Positions 29,601 through 38,633 of a stretch of 64,000 nucleotides of DNA are shown piece after piece. The position numbers and the translations under genes were made by a program. The notes under the pieces are model-generated. The model made no database searches and had not been told where the DNA came from. It saw only the letters and a list, made by a program, of their open reading frames with translations. The stretch covers positions 2,848,001 through 2,912,000 of the forward strand of contig CATQHZ020000001.1 of the NCBI GenBank assembly GCA_958296135.2, read 5' to 3'. How positions within the stretch are numbered: the first letter of the stretch is position 1; every line of letters starts with the position of its first letter. This DNA is from an uncultured Poribacteria bacterium. Lineage in GTDB: Bacteria > Poribacteria > WGA-4E > WGA-3G.

Positions 29601-30998
29601 ACCCGCACGCAACTCGATGGCATCCATCTCAATGGTGTGCCGATTGAACTCAATGGGCGGCTGCGTTATCGAGAAGGCGCGTGGGAGATTTCAAAAAACA
29701 GACAGTTGACAACCATCCTCGGTCCGGATGAAAATACGCTCACCTGTTCGCTCAGAGTAGAGACAGTGCTAGCTTCGCTCGCTTTTTGGGAACAACTCTT
29801 TCAGGCGCCGGCACATCTGTTAACTGGGGAGTTGACTGGGGAGTTGAATGTGCAGGCGAAAGACTTCGGGCCGCTCCAATTTATCGTGCCCACCGTCAGC
29901 GATGCAAGCGGGGATAGCGAGCTCTATGCAGCCTTGTCAGGCACGCTGGATACGCCGCAAATTGATGGCAAAGTGACGTTCAAAAATCTCGCGCTTGAAC
30001 TTGAAGAATCTGGCGTTTCCCTTCGCGAAGCGGAAGGAGAGTTCAAGCTATCCAACTCGCAGCTCGCCATAACGCGCTTTGGCGGCACGTTGAACGGCGG
30101 ATACTTATCCGTTACCGGCGACGTTTTTTTGTGGGCAACGGACGAACGGCTATGGAACCCTGCTGAGCCGACGCTCGCGCTTGAAGCAACACTAGTGGAG
30201 GCAACGTTTGCGCAGCCAGGGCAGTATCAAGTTGAAATCGATTCTGCCACTTTTGCGTTTGACGGTAAATTGTCCTCACCGCTTCTCACCGGTAGTGTGG
30301 ATATCCGCGCAGGCGAGTATCACCAAAATTGGGAAAATGTGCGCGAGTGGTTTACTGGTACCTCGGTAACAGAGATAGAAGTCGTGTTAGACGAGTCGCC
30401 GCTCCGTGAACTTCAGTTAGACATTAACATCAACGTTCCGAGTTTCTATCTTCTCTCCTCGGTGGTGGGTCCGATGGACGTCCACGTCGCCTGTGATGGT
30501 ATTCTCACCGGTTTGGTTCAATCACCGATTTTCAAAGGGGATGTCCGTATCCTTGAGGGTAGGATGGATTTCTTAAAGCAATTTGCTGTGGTGGAAGGTT
30601 CATACATCATCAATGAAAGCACCACCGAGTTTGACCCGAGTATGGACATCCGTCTCAAGACTGTTAATCCGCTTCGAGCTGTCCCGCTGCGCGATGGCAG
30701 CACGGCAGACCTGGATGTTATCCTCACTTATCAAGGGAAGCTGAGCAATCCTAATTTCAATCTGCGTGCCGAACCTTTGAACACGTCGACGACTGAATTG
30801 CCGACACAAGAGGAGCTTCTCGCGTTGCTCTCGCAACCTTTCGTTGGCGTGACTTTCGGTGGCGTGACTTTCGGCTTTGAACCCTACTCCCGCCAGCTCA
30901 GTGTGGAATACCTGATGCCGGGGAATATGTCCCTCAAATTTGAACGTGATAGACATGAAACATACGGTGTTGATTTCCAATTTGAAGGCCGGTTTTAG
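23643..30998 (+). CDS. Large TamB/AsmA-like translocation and assembly module protein
   Basis: N-terminal TM anchor, long beta-taco-like repeats, C-terminal DUF490-like region; upstream of an Omp85 gene. Confidence 0.8.
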   Translation: MRHFIRRFIQRKILLGILAVFSLTLIGGALFIRSDAFLNWIKHRAEAEIRNRIEATYTVEIGKITGNVLTGVKLDNIAVFPTDGTPDEPILALQQLVLKYNLFALLRRKVEVTTLEISKPRLHAQVEAGGHFNLTQLFRLEDTPKSVGRGPVPRDASDNGVSSWTFAVQRVRCSDGTLRFSDRQRDLDITVTGVTLDFRGPLTTWHHQGTFSINNGTVAFNDAETAITAFDADFLIVASGGQLTQLRINVGNSVLDATGSYDEAMNWRANVDIQVDAADIQKFAMPPVRHIPSLRGKTPDPLNRFRGNMFRGIASLHITAEGTPDTVSGILTATVPHFTISGLSGHFTPTGGALNIRDVAVAADFSTHPVPTFALNRLQMHVAEGLFQASARMKIERNRLTRLPAFEGRWHAAGIQLAAIPPMQPFRNWEGSVTTTGTFSGKGTDISGLRLDSILEVTDTLLNGIPVADSRLTGTLVAPPLARVERLQGTGPRPAVKSAVSTRAYGRVSELNVIGTLAEANVYLGGFLGEDLRLHATSLRMDKLMAIFGGAPLNGLGEMNAKISTNGWEPRWTSGGSSNPPLSGSIEIPHTTFMDVPIGMLAGDFRYQDGQVFVENGLLTKGDSRVSIEGTVDMEGELPANFRVLAEPCQVAEYRQLLFGSAEYDVTGLVTGELICDGSLTRLDGRGTFDVTEGYAWGMRLDALKLPLAIEDYAITIADFQISAREQQVVLNLEMAASGDFDLDIRSRVPVQLVELVRAADVPDFPIDAAMDIVSIGTQREKQFNLGVDITLADITYQGNPLTDATLHGTLVEREKATGEPDIFQFVGEAFDGASQITGEISTATDSPYHFAVQSRAMPATPILRCLHPMLDAVTGTADSTVEITGTLAELSPKNSSKSASEREGQAITSKRKTSGVASQKRDERHALRTQRRVYPYDVDITVEATTLHYRGVPMTNPHPIRLHLIDDVWTFTDVALIIEERADRDIRNPGQKVTGTFSARDEVMDIKVTSAGVALEPVGTAFGIPIDGTARYEMSINGTVTAPRLALEVTVPELRVQTEFGGILLSTAGARVRYENNSVQIEPFVLQIHGNKIDVAGDIAVMPEDVNASRLNVNLRAPQLELANYEHFIRDVMPPGIDLFGASRGTGPRATVTEDVGVSRGTGPRATVTGDVGVSRGTGLRATVTGDVGVSRGTGPRATGAADAEGITGSLDVSVDVTGSLAEPLIAVQAGSAATNLSEIRIGKFPQPIVLDALQANVTLNRETMHIGDVDANWRIGDATYHAQGEASFPGSSEREGQVSAQRLEDRGLTPRFAFTVSANQLEVADFAVLFLKQAEPSIHGTLSAEVALTGTGISPDRISAVCEMRSLNLRIGTVDIASTAPLTFASVYGSLEGNFPALAIVSPLMETQLSVELGGTHAAPNITADWQGTFYHLGWRGTVDYRDEHITVHRMELASREGKTLTLTGGIPFDLALEAVPVAERFLEKPMAVRLRGNELPLAFFPRVAEVISEHEGVVDIDMRIVGTTRAPRLSGSVSVLAPHLRLRDFPEPIHNATLHLKAGEDGLDFTQFRFESGSGDCTGQHGYIGLDGLIPKEFAFTGLRIRRFPLGALARQAVPSEVLGEVRGHVTATLSEFRIPLDSFFTAAIPGVLFPRFSRVPSLTALVEVATASALIEDVDFAFNAEVTGSGEPIHYDFRNTEPVLLVLEGGSARLAQELLMKDFSYLHEAFGKDTARRDVPIFRIEGDFSAQLNAGILPSELQTRLQKRAPMETYTLTKREGLWRVAGVDASIGNGDAVWKNTPLSLPRETQKIWIWQRVPASVSSQKQPKGRMQIFEASLALGIDREASFGLKADFSRQLDAGTMPAALRSQLQSKGLMLPETLRVAKIDTLWQVQDEETKRRWTFVQENASLSVFEHSLQLSVDKGSEIQVAVCDVVGRVKNFDVSPLTMDWPMAYRVKGTLSASLHIGDTGGAPQITLRRKKPRTRTQLDGIHLNGVPIELNGRLRYREGAWEISKNRQLTTILGPDENTLTCSLRVETVLASLAFWEQLFQAPAHLLTGELTGELNVQAKDFGPLQFIVPTVSDASGDSELYAALSGTLDTPQIDGKVTFKNLALELEESGVSLREAEGEFKLSNSQLAITRFGGTLNGGYLSVTGDVFLWATDERLWNPAEPTLALEATLVEATFAQPGQYQVEIDSATFAFDGKLSSPLLTGSVDIRAGEYHQNWENVREWFTGTSVTEIEVVLDESPLRELQLDININVPSFYLLSSVVGPMDVHVACDGILTGLVQSPIFKGDVRILEGRMDFLKQFAVVEGSYIINESTTEFDPSMDIRLKTVNPLRAVPLRDGSTADLDVILTYQGKLSNPNFNLRAEPLNTSTTELPTQEELLALLSQPFVGVTFGGVTFGFEPYSRQLSVEYLMPGNMSLKFERDRHETYGVDFQFEGRF
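27072..27245 (+). repeat. 4 x 48-bp REP tandem array in frame within tamB
   Basis: Encodes SRGTGPRATVT(E/G)DVGV repeats. Confidence 0.93.
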
Positions 30999-33900
30999 GG
31001 GCATCGTCGTGACGCTCTGCTTTTGCCTAATAACTGCTTCAGCATTAGGGCAGCCCGAGTTACAGCGGGGAGAACTTTTTACCGTAGGGCGGGGGCCGTT
31101 ACGCCTTCAGTCTGTCATCTCTGTGGGTTTTCCGGCGGCGATGTCCACTGTTCCTCGCCGTGCAACGGTGATGCGGGACATCGCAGGGGACAGGCCCTCA
31201 CGCCACGTGCCAAACCACGTTGCAGAACGTGCCTCGTTCGCTGTGCCGGTCGCGCATCTTGCCTATCACCTCGATGCTATTCCCGTTACCGACGTAGAAA
31301 CGTTGTCGATACTTCGCGAGCGCACCTATCTCAAAGTCGGCGAACCTTTTTCTCGCCATGCTATCCACCGGAGTGTTGTCTCGCTCTATGCTTCGGCGCA
31401 GTTTTCAAAGGTTGAGGTTTACGCGAAGGAATCTCATAACGGTGTGTCGCTGACGTTTTCACTCACTTCTGTGAGGCGCATCGCGGCCGTCCACACGCTT
31501 GGTGTGCCGGAAGAGTTGCGTCGTCTACTCCAAAGTGCTATGAAGAGGATTCTGCCGCGGGGGCAGAATCGGTTACAAGTCGGCGAGTCGTATCACCCCG
31601 CTTACGCGCAGCGGGATGTTGCTGGTATCAAAGCGGGGTGCGCGGCTCTGGGGTATTTTGGTGCTACCGTAAAGGCAACATTCTCGCAGGAAACAGGCAC
31701 TCTGACGTATCAGATAACCCTTGGCGCGCCCTCGCGGGTTACTGACATTCAGATTCAGGAGAATACAGCAAGTTCGACGCAGACGCTCAAAGATGCCCTG
31801 CATATAAGCCGAGTAGGCGAGATTTACCGGCGGGCTGCTGTGGAGACGGATGCCGATGCACTCGTGGCACTTTACCGGAAAAGGGGTTACCTCGCGGCGA
31901 CAGTGCTCCACACCTTCGCGCCAGAAACGGGTATCTTGCAATTTTCTGTTGATGCCGGCAAACGGCTTGTCTTCATATTCCTTGAAGAACCCTTAACCAC
32001 GTTTCCCGACAACGGCGATGATGGGTTACGTCAAACAACGTCACAGCCCCAACAATCTTTGCAAACGATGCAAGAGCCACCGGCAGATATTGATGAGGCT
32101 GAACTGCGCGAACTCATTGCCTCCCTGCGGAATTCCCCGTTTATGTGGCAACAGCGGGTAAAGGGCTATTTTGAGGAGAAGGGGTATGATGGCACAACGG
32201 TGGATGTTGAGGAAGCAGATGGCAAGATAACGTTGACGATTCTCCCGGGTACCCGTTATGTCGTCACGCGTGTCACCTTTTCGGGCAACAGAGCCTTTTC
32301 GTCGGGAGAACTGTTGCGCGAAATGAAGACAAAGCCGCAGCATTTCTTGGCGCGCCACTTTTGGAAACGTTTTTTTTCTTCTCGGACGCTGGATACGGAC
32401 ACAGACCGGCTGGAAATTTTGTATCGGAACGCGGGCTACCCAGATGTCAAGATAGAGACGCGAGTTAAGAAGACAGAAGCATCGGGTGAAATCGAGGTTC
32501 GCGTGCAGATTGTTGAATCCTCCCGAGAAGTGATTTATCGGTGTCAGTTTCGCGGGAACAGTGCGTTAGCGGATACGACGCTCCTGCAGGCCCTGCGAGC
32601 GGTTGGGTTCTCTCCGCCTCAGCCGAACGCGCGCTTCATTCGGAACGACTATAGGAACGCGGTGTTGCATGCTTATCGGGAACGCGGGTATATGGATGCG
32701 ACGGTGGCTGTCAGGTATGCGGCAAAAACGGCGGAGCCGGTTTTCCGGATTGAGGGTGCCGCTGCGGAGAGAATCATTGCGTCGTTGAACGCGGGCATTC
32801 TCTCCGATGAACTCCATCGGTATTTTGAAAGTGCGACAGGCATGGCGTTATCAGCGGTGTTTATCGCTACACAAATTGATAACCTCTGGAGCCTTCAGGA
32901 TAGAGAAGGCACTGCGCGCTACACACTGCAGCAAGAGGAAATAGGCCTCATGGTTTTTGAGCATCACTTGCTGACGATTGAGATTTCGGAGGGGCAGCCG
33001 ATACACTTTGGCACGTTCTCTTTTCTCGGCGACGCGGGCGTAAAAAAAGAGGTGTTAATGCGGGAGGTAAAACATCTGGTGGGAACGCTCTGGACACCCG
33101 CGAAATTGAGTCAAGCCGTGCGAAATTTGTATAACACCGGGATTTTCCGACGCATTGACGCACAACCGTTACCCTCACAGGACGCGCAATCTGAAAAAAA
33201 TAGCATCCGGAACGTAGGCATCGACAACGGCAATGACGGATTACGTAAAGAAGCCTTATCGCAACAACCCATGTCTCCGAACGCCTTGCGCCAATATGAA
33301 AAACGTGATATGGTTATTCGGGTGGAGAAGCAAAAACCGGGTAGTTATCGCGCTGCGCTCGGCTATAGCACGACAGATGGTTTCCGCACGACGCTCGCGC
33401 TGCGGCACCGTAACCTTTACGAGCGGAATATCGGCGTGTCGCTCCGCGGTAGAGCCGGGCTCCGGGCAGGCACCCTCGGCTATTTGCTGGAAAGCACCCT
33501 GACGAAACCTTGGCTGTTCGGGCGAAACCGCGGGACGCTGCAGGTGTCCGAGAGAAATCTGGAAGAAGATGATAACGTTCGCGCGCTCCAAAGTAGCGTG
33601 GTGCTCAGCCGGGAGCTCTCCACTGAACTGCTGCTGCGGTTCCAATACAATTACAGGTTTCTGCGGCAATCGACGCACGAACTGAGTGAACGAGCTCGCG
33701 AGGGCCAGCCCTTCGTGCTGCAAGCATTTGAAACCGCGCCGGATATCCGCACCACCGTCAGCAGCCTGCGCCTCTCTTGGACGTATGACAGCAGTCTCCC
33801 CTACCTCTCCCCGACATCCGGGATGCTCAACAAGGTGACGCTGGAATACGCCGGCGGGTTCCTGCGAGGCGAAACCAGTTTCATCAAGACGACGACAGAT

Positions 33901-34365
33901 TTCCGACTCTACCGGCAACTCTTTGAAGCCGGGCCGACGGTGGCAACGGCCCTGCGTCTCGGCGTTACCAACGGGTTGCGCGCGAATCGCGGCGCGGAAC
34001 TCATCTCGTTTGAACGATTCTGGGCCGGCGGTAGCACCACAGTGCGCGGGTATGCCGAACGCGGCCTCGGCCCGCTGGATAGCGCGGGCAACCACCGCGG
34101 CGATGTCCAGTTCATCTTCAATACCGAGCTGCGCTTCCCTATCTACAAGCCAATTCGCGGGGTGCTCTTCTTTGATACTGGCACAGTGTGGCGTTCGCTG
34201 GATACGTTCGTCTTTGCAATTGAGGAATTGCCGGCTGCTGTCGGCATAGGCATCCGGTTGCAGTGGGGTGCCTTCACGGGTGGCGTAGATTACGCCGTGC
34301 CGCTCCGCGATATCCCCGGTGCCGATGCCACACCGTTTTATTGGCGACTCGGCAGCACTTTTTAA
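30940..34365 (+). CDS. Omp85 family outer-membrane protein (TamA/BamA-like, POTRA domains); start uncertain
   Basis: POTRA motifs LYRKRGY and LYNTGIF; barrel motif FWAGGSTTVRGY; C-terminal Phe. Confidence 0.85.
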   Translation: MNVIDMKHTVLISNLKAGFRGIVVTLCFCLITASALGQPELQRGELFTVGRGPLRLQSVISVGFPAAMSTVPRRATVMRDIAGDRPSRHVPNHVAERASFAVPVAHLAYHLDAIPVTDVETLSILRERTYLKVGEPFSRHAIHRSVVSLYASAQFSKVEVYAKESHNGVSLTFSLTSVRRIAAVHTLGVPEELRRLLQSAMKRILPRGQNRLQVGESYHPAYAQRDVAGIKAGCAALGYFGATVKATFSQETGTLTYQITLGAPSRVTDIQIQENTASSTQTLKDALHISRVGEIYRRAAVETDADALVALYRKRGYLAATVLHTFAPETGILQFSVDAGKRLVFIFLEEPLTTFPDNGDDGLRQTTSQPQQSLQTMQEPPADIDEAELRELIASLRNSPFMWQQRVKGYFEEKGYDGTTVDVEEADGKITLTILPGTRYVVTRVTFSGNRAFSSGELLREMKTKPQHFLARHFWKRFFSSRTLDTDTDRLEILYRNAGYPDVKIETRVKKTEASGEIEVRVQIVESSREVIYRCQFRGNSALADTTLLQALRAVGFSPPQPNARFIRNDYRNAVLHAYRERGYMDATVAVRYAAKTAEPVFRIEGAAAERIIASLNAGILSDELHRYFESATGMALSAVFIATQIDNLWSLQDREGTARYTLQQEEIGLMVFEHHLLTIEISEGQPIHFGTFSFLGDAGVKKEVLMREVKHLVGTLWTPAKLSQAVRNLYNTGIFRRIDAQPLPSQDAQSEKNSIRNVGIDNGNDGLRKEALSQQPMSPNALRQYEKRDMVIRVEKQKPGSYRAALGYSTTDGFRTTLALRHRNLYERNIGVSLRGRAGLRAGTLGYLLESTLTKPWLFGRNRGTLQVSERNLEEDDNVRALQSSVVLSRELSTELLLRFQYNYRFLRQSTHELSERAREGQPFVLQAFETAPDIRTTVSSLRLSWTYDSSLPYLSPTSGMLNKVTLEYAGGFLRGETSFIKTTTDFRLYRQLFEAGPTVATALRLGVTNGLRANRGAELISFERFWAGGSTTVRGYAERGLGPLDSAGNHRGDVQFIFNTELRFPIYKPIRGVLFFDTGTVWRSLDTFVFAIEELPAAVGIGIRLQWGAFTGGVDYAVPLRDIPGADATPFYWRLGSTF

Positions 34366-34467
34366 TCTCCCATTCAGGTTTTGCTCGGTGTCGGCATCGG
34401 CCGCGCCGCAAATGCGGCATCCCTGCGGATTTATGTCAAAGATGCCGATTCGCTTGTGTTCCAAGCC

Positions 34468-35907
34468 CTATAGGGTGATAAATTCGTGCTGCTGCTTGAA
34501 GAGGGCAGCATCAATCCCCGCGAGGCTCTGTGCCAGCACAAATTGTTTCTCAACTGTCGCTTTAAACGCTTGGAACTTTTCCTCAGAGATGACAGTCATG
34601 CCGTGGGCGTAGATGCTTCGATTCCGTGTATCAGGTAGACTCTTTAACGCATGCCAATTAAGGCCTTTGGCAATCTCATCGTCCAGCGCGTGTAGGACGA
34701 GAAATCCGTCTACCAATCCAATTGATGTTGGAAGAGCAAACACATTTGGATATCGGTAAACCTCCATCCGTTTCCTCTTATACCGGTCGAAAAGCGCGCC
34801 CTCGTCAAATGCCGAATAATCCGGATCGTCAGTCCAGATTCCGTATAGCGCAAGCCGGTGTTGCTCTACCCACTCCAGAAGACGATAGAGCAGCAGACAT
34901 GCCATATCCAGTTTTCTCTGTTCTTCCCGTCGGAGCGCGCTGTGATAGAGCATAAACGCGAAGTGAAATCCATCGGGAGCCTGAAGGGCAAGCCATTCGT
35001 TCTTGCTGAACGTCAGCAAGGTTTGCAGCACCCCCTCTTGTTTACGAAGGCGAGCCTCTGCTTGATACAGCTGCGCCAACCGGCTTAGCGTCGAAAATTG
35101 CTGGATGAGTTTCAACAACTGCTCCAAGCTGTTGCTCGCCTTGCCAAAATCGAGTGCATCCCACGCCTCGTATGTCTCGCAGAGGAATCCGTATGCCTCG
35201 CAAGTTGTGGCTGTGTTCGCATCGCCAACCTGTCCTCTGAGCCGGCGAAGAACACGTTGTGCGCCAGCGTAGTCGTGGGCGTTATAGAGATTTTTCGCTC
35301 TCTCAATCTCCAAATCACCGAACACTGTGTAAGGGTTATCCAAAAGGATTAAGTGCTCACTACCGGGTTCAGGCTTGTTACCTAACTCTGGGTAGATTTC
35401 GCTACAGCCAACATAATAGATATCGGCCCCAAGCACAGCACATGCCATTGTCAAGCCGCTAACCATGGGCTTTCTTCCGCCGGTGATGTCCGCCGCAAGA
35501 TGCTCGGGACGTCCCCAATCGTTGTAAAGCGTCATGATCTTCTCGTAGACCTCAACGATATGAGTCCCGTCAACTTCGCGCAGCTGAATCTGCTCGTGCG
35601 GCAGTTGCGTTTCCTCCTGAATTTGCGAAAGGAATTGCTCGCCTTCCTGCGTATAGAGGAGGCCGACACGTTTCGGTTTCATACCGAGTATTGAGAGAAT
35701 TAGCGGCTCGGGCGCGGAGCCTAACGTTAGGATGAGGCCATCATATACCTTTGGTGGCCGGTTCCCCGGGTCACTGAAGGTTGCTTTGATGAATGGAAAA
35801 ATATGCTTGTCGTAGAAAACGAGCGCGGTGTCTTCCTCGGCGCGGCTAGTTCGCGCCATGTTTTTCCATTCTTGAACGTGCGCATCAAATTCGGGTTTTG
35901 TCAACAT
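34468..35907 (-). CDS. TIGR02710-like CARF-domain protein with a C-terminal HEPN motif
   Basis: LTLGSAPEPLILSI and DITGGRKPM (CARF); helical middle region; RNRSIYAHG (HEPN-type R...H motif). Confidence 0.8.
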   Translation of the reverse strand: MLTKPEFDAHVQEWKNMARTSRAEEDTALVFYDKHIFPFIKATFSDPGNRPPKVYDGLILTLGSAPEPLILSILGMKPKRVGLLYTQEGEQFLSQIQEETQLPHEQIQLREVDGTHIVEVYEKIMTLYNDWGRPEHLAADITGGRKPMVSGLTMACAVLGADIYYVGCSEIYPELGNKPEPGSEHLILLDNPYTVFGDLEIERAKNLYNAHDYAGAQRVLRRLRGQVGDANTATTCEAYGFLCETYEAWDALDFGKASNSLEQLLKLIQQFSTLSRLAQLYQAEARLRKQEGVLQTLLTFSKNEWLALQAPDGFHFAFMLYHSALRREEQRKLDMACLLLYRLLEWVEQHRLALYGIWTDDPDYSAFDEGALFDRYKRKRMEVYRYPNVFALPTSIGLVDGFLVLHALDDEIAKGLNWHALKSLPDTRNRSIYAHGMTVISEEKFQAFKATVEKQFVLAQSLAGIDAALFKQQHEFITL

Positions 35908-36304
35908 TTTTATCCCTCTCTTGATTGCGATTGCATCATCATTCGAGAATATTCACACATCCGCGAGTCCGAGTGCCGCCTCGCGTCGGCGACTGCTCAC
36001 GAACTCACGCAATTGACTTCAGACTGTTCTGATTGTATCTAGTATATCACAATAAGCAAAAATTGGCAAACAAAATTGTTCGCGAAATGTCGCTGATACG
36101 TTATTAACAAGTTTATTTCTCAAGACATCCAAATTTTGGGCACCCATTGTTAGGGCTGGCCCCAGCGCAAGCATCATTTTTCCTCCAAAAAGTTTTTCAC
36201 GGTGACATGATAACACAACCTTCGGTTGCATCGCAATAAAAACAAGAACGTTGACATCGACGTTGTTGATGGCTCCGTTTTCGATGCGATTTTTCCCTAA
36301 AACC

Positions 36305-37219
36305 TCACGGCTTTCCTAACGCGGCGGGTGCTTCAGCGCGGCCGACGAAACCTGCGAGTACCGCTAAGCAAAGCACATAAGGCAGCATCAACAGCAGTTG
36401 ATGCGGAATGCCCCAGCCTAACGCCTGAAAACGGACATCTAGCGCGCCGCCGAGTCCGAAAAGCAATGCCGCGCCGCACGCTTTCACCGGGTGCCATTTC
36501 CCGAAAATGACTATCGCTAATGCAATAAATCCGCGTCCCACCGTCATGTTCGGCGTGAAATAGGGGACATCCGCCAGCGAGAGGTAGCCGCCGCCGATGC
36601 CGGCCATCGCGCCTGCAAATAAGAGGCACCCCGTGCGCATCAGTGGGACGTTTGTGCCAGCCGCTGCCACTGCCTTCGGATGCTCACCGCACGCACGAAT
36701 GTGGAGCCCCGGGTGCGTGTGGTAGAGGAAAAAATAGACACACGGCATCAGTAGGAACGCGAGAAAGACTAAAATGTTGTGCGAGAAGAATGCCCGGCCA
36801 AAAAAGGATATCTGTGAGAGGAACGGGATTTCTAACGCCTCAAAGGCATGCACCCGTAGCGAGCTCCCAGTAATGCCGAAGAGGCGTTGGTAAAGCACCT
36901 CTGTTAAGCCTAAGGCGAGCAGCGTGATGGCAGTGCCGATAATCACCTGGTCTGCGCGCAAACGGATGGCGAAGAACGCGAAGAGCGCGGCGGTGCAGAC
37001 ACCGGCGAGCCCGGCAAGCAGTAGCCCACACCACGGCGCGAGGATGGGGACATGCGCCATGTAGAACGAACCCACCATGCCAAAGAACGCGCCCATCAGC
37101 ATCATGCCTTCAATGCCGATGTTGATGACACCGGCGCGTTGCGATACGACTTCGCCTAATGCGGCAAATAAAAGCGGTGTCGCGCCTCGAATCGTTGCAG
37201 AAAGTGTTTCTTCAAGCAT
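36305..37219 (-). CDS. Nucleoside/simple-sugar ABC transporter permease
   Basis: RAGVINIGIEGMML and GRGFIALAIVIFGKW motifs. Confidence 0.92.
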   Translation of the reverse strand: MLEETLSATIRGATPLLFAALGEVVSQRAGVINIGIEGMMLMGAFFGMVGSFYMAHVPILAPWCGLLLAGLAGVCTAALFAFFAIRLRADQVIIGTAITLLALGLTEVLYQRLFGITGSSLRVHAFEALEIPFLSQISFFGRAFFSHNILVFLAFLLMPCVYFFLYHTHPGLHIRACGEHPKAVAAAGTNVPLMRTGCLLFAGAMAGIGGGYLSLADVPYFTPNMTVGRGFIALAIVIFGKWHPVKACGAALLFGLGGALDVRFQALGWGIPHQLLLMLPYVLCLAVLAGFVGRAEAPAALGKP

Positions 37220-37280
37220 TTTTGTGTTTCCTAGAGGCGCGCTTGCAACGCGCGCTACGGAGTTTGTGAAGAGTCGGTGC

Positions 37281-38324
37281 CTACGTTTTCGATAGAGATT
37301 CGTTGTGTCTCATGAATTTCATGGAACTATATCCGATAACAGACAACAAAATCGTCGCCTGCATGACAAGCGTCACTTTATCGGAGATGCCAACACCGCG
37401 TTGCATCGCGTACGAACCTGTCGTGAGCGCGCCGAACAGCAGTGCCGCCGCCATTGTCAACAACGGGTGCAGCTTCGCCAGCAACGCCACCGCAATCGCC
37501 GTGTAACCATAGCCGGGCGAGAAGTTGAGGAACAGCCGGCGCGTCAGTGCCATCAGTTCAATTGCGCCGCCGAGCCCTGCCAAGGCCCCGCTGATAAAAA
37601 AGACGCGGAGCATGTTTTGAACAATTGAAATTCCTGCTGCTTCTGCTGCCGCGGCTCCCTCGCCGACAGCGCGCAGCTGATATCCAAACGTCGTCCGAAA
37701 AAGGACGAACGTGAGGATAATCGCGAGGATAATCGCGATGACGATGCCGAGATGGATGCGGTGCGGCGGAAACAGGCGCGGTAGAAACACCCATTCCGCC
37801 AGCCGGTCGCTCTGCGGCCCGCGTTGCGATGCCTCTTGTAAAGGGCCGCCGTCTACCATGAGACTGACGAGGTAGATGGCGACATAGTTCAACATAATCG
37901 TGCTGATGACTTCGTTCACGCCGCGCGTTACTTTGAGGAGTGCGGGAATCAGTGCCCAGGTGCCGCCGGCCAGGGCCGCGAGGCAGAGACAGAGTGGCAC
38001 GGCTATCCACGGTGTCGCGGGTAAGAGTGCGGCGAGTTTCGTGCCGAACCATGTTGCTGCCAGTGCGCCCATCAAAAACTGTCCCTCCGCGCCGATATTC
38101 CATATCCCGCATCGGAAGGCGATAGCGACAGAGAGCCCCGCCATGAGAAACGGCGTGCTTTTGACAAGCGTCTCTCCTAATTTTCTGCCGTTGCCGAACG
38201 CGCCGCCGACGGCCGCCGTGTAAGCTTCTAACGGGTTATAGCCGCACACGAGGATGATGATGCCGTTCGTCACAAACGCGCTTATCAGAATCAGTGCCGG
38301 TATCCCAATAGTTCGTTTTAACAC
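37281..38324 (-). CDS. Nucleoside/simple-sugar ABC transporter permease
   Basis: WNIGAEGQ, NEVISTIMLNY and GYGYTAIAVALL motifs. Confidence 0.92.
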   Translation of the reverse strand: MLKRTIGIPALILISAFVTNGIIILVCGYNPLEAYTAAVGGAFGNGRKLGETLVKSTPFLMAGLSVAIAFRCGIWNIGAEGQFLMGALAATWFGTKLAALLPATPWIAVPLCLCLAALAGGTWALIPALLKVTRGVNEVISTIMLNYVAIYLVSLMVDGGPLQEASQRGPQSDRLAEWVFLPRLFPPHRIHLGIVIAIILAIILTFVLFRTTFGYQLRAVGEGAAAAEAAGISIVQNMLRVFFISGALAGLGGAIELMALTRRLFLNFSPGYGYTAIAVALLAKLHPLLTMAAALLFGALTTGSYAMQRGVGISDKVTLVMQATILLSVIGYSSMKFMRHNESLSKT

Positions 38325-38343
38325 CAGGGTGCTCCTTTCTCAT

Positions 38344-38620
38344 CAGAATCAAGAGGTTTTGCAGGTGTTCCAGGGTTACGTTTGCTTTGACAAGGCGAGG
38401 GACAGGCCCTCGCACTACGGGCTGTTTCAGAATCAAGAGGTTTTGCAGGTGTTTCAGGATTATGTTTGCTTTGACAAGGCGAGGGACAGGCCCTCGCACT
38501 ACGGGCTGTTTCAGAATCAAGAGGTTTTACAGGTGTTTCAGGATGACGTTTGCTTTGACAAGGCGAGGGGAGCCCTCGGCGATTCGTGCTCGCCGGGTTT
38601 TCCCTCGCGCTACGGGCTGT
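38344..38620. repeat. 3 x 84-bp tandem array, each unit carrying one REP
   Basis: CAGAATCAAGAGGTTTT starts at 38344, 38428 and 38512. Confidence 0.93.
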
Positions 38621-38633
38621 TGCGGTGCTTGTC

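Noticed and set aside
35908-36304. CRISPR array or leader upstream of the CARF gene
   Set aside because: No direct repeats are visible.
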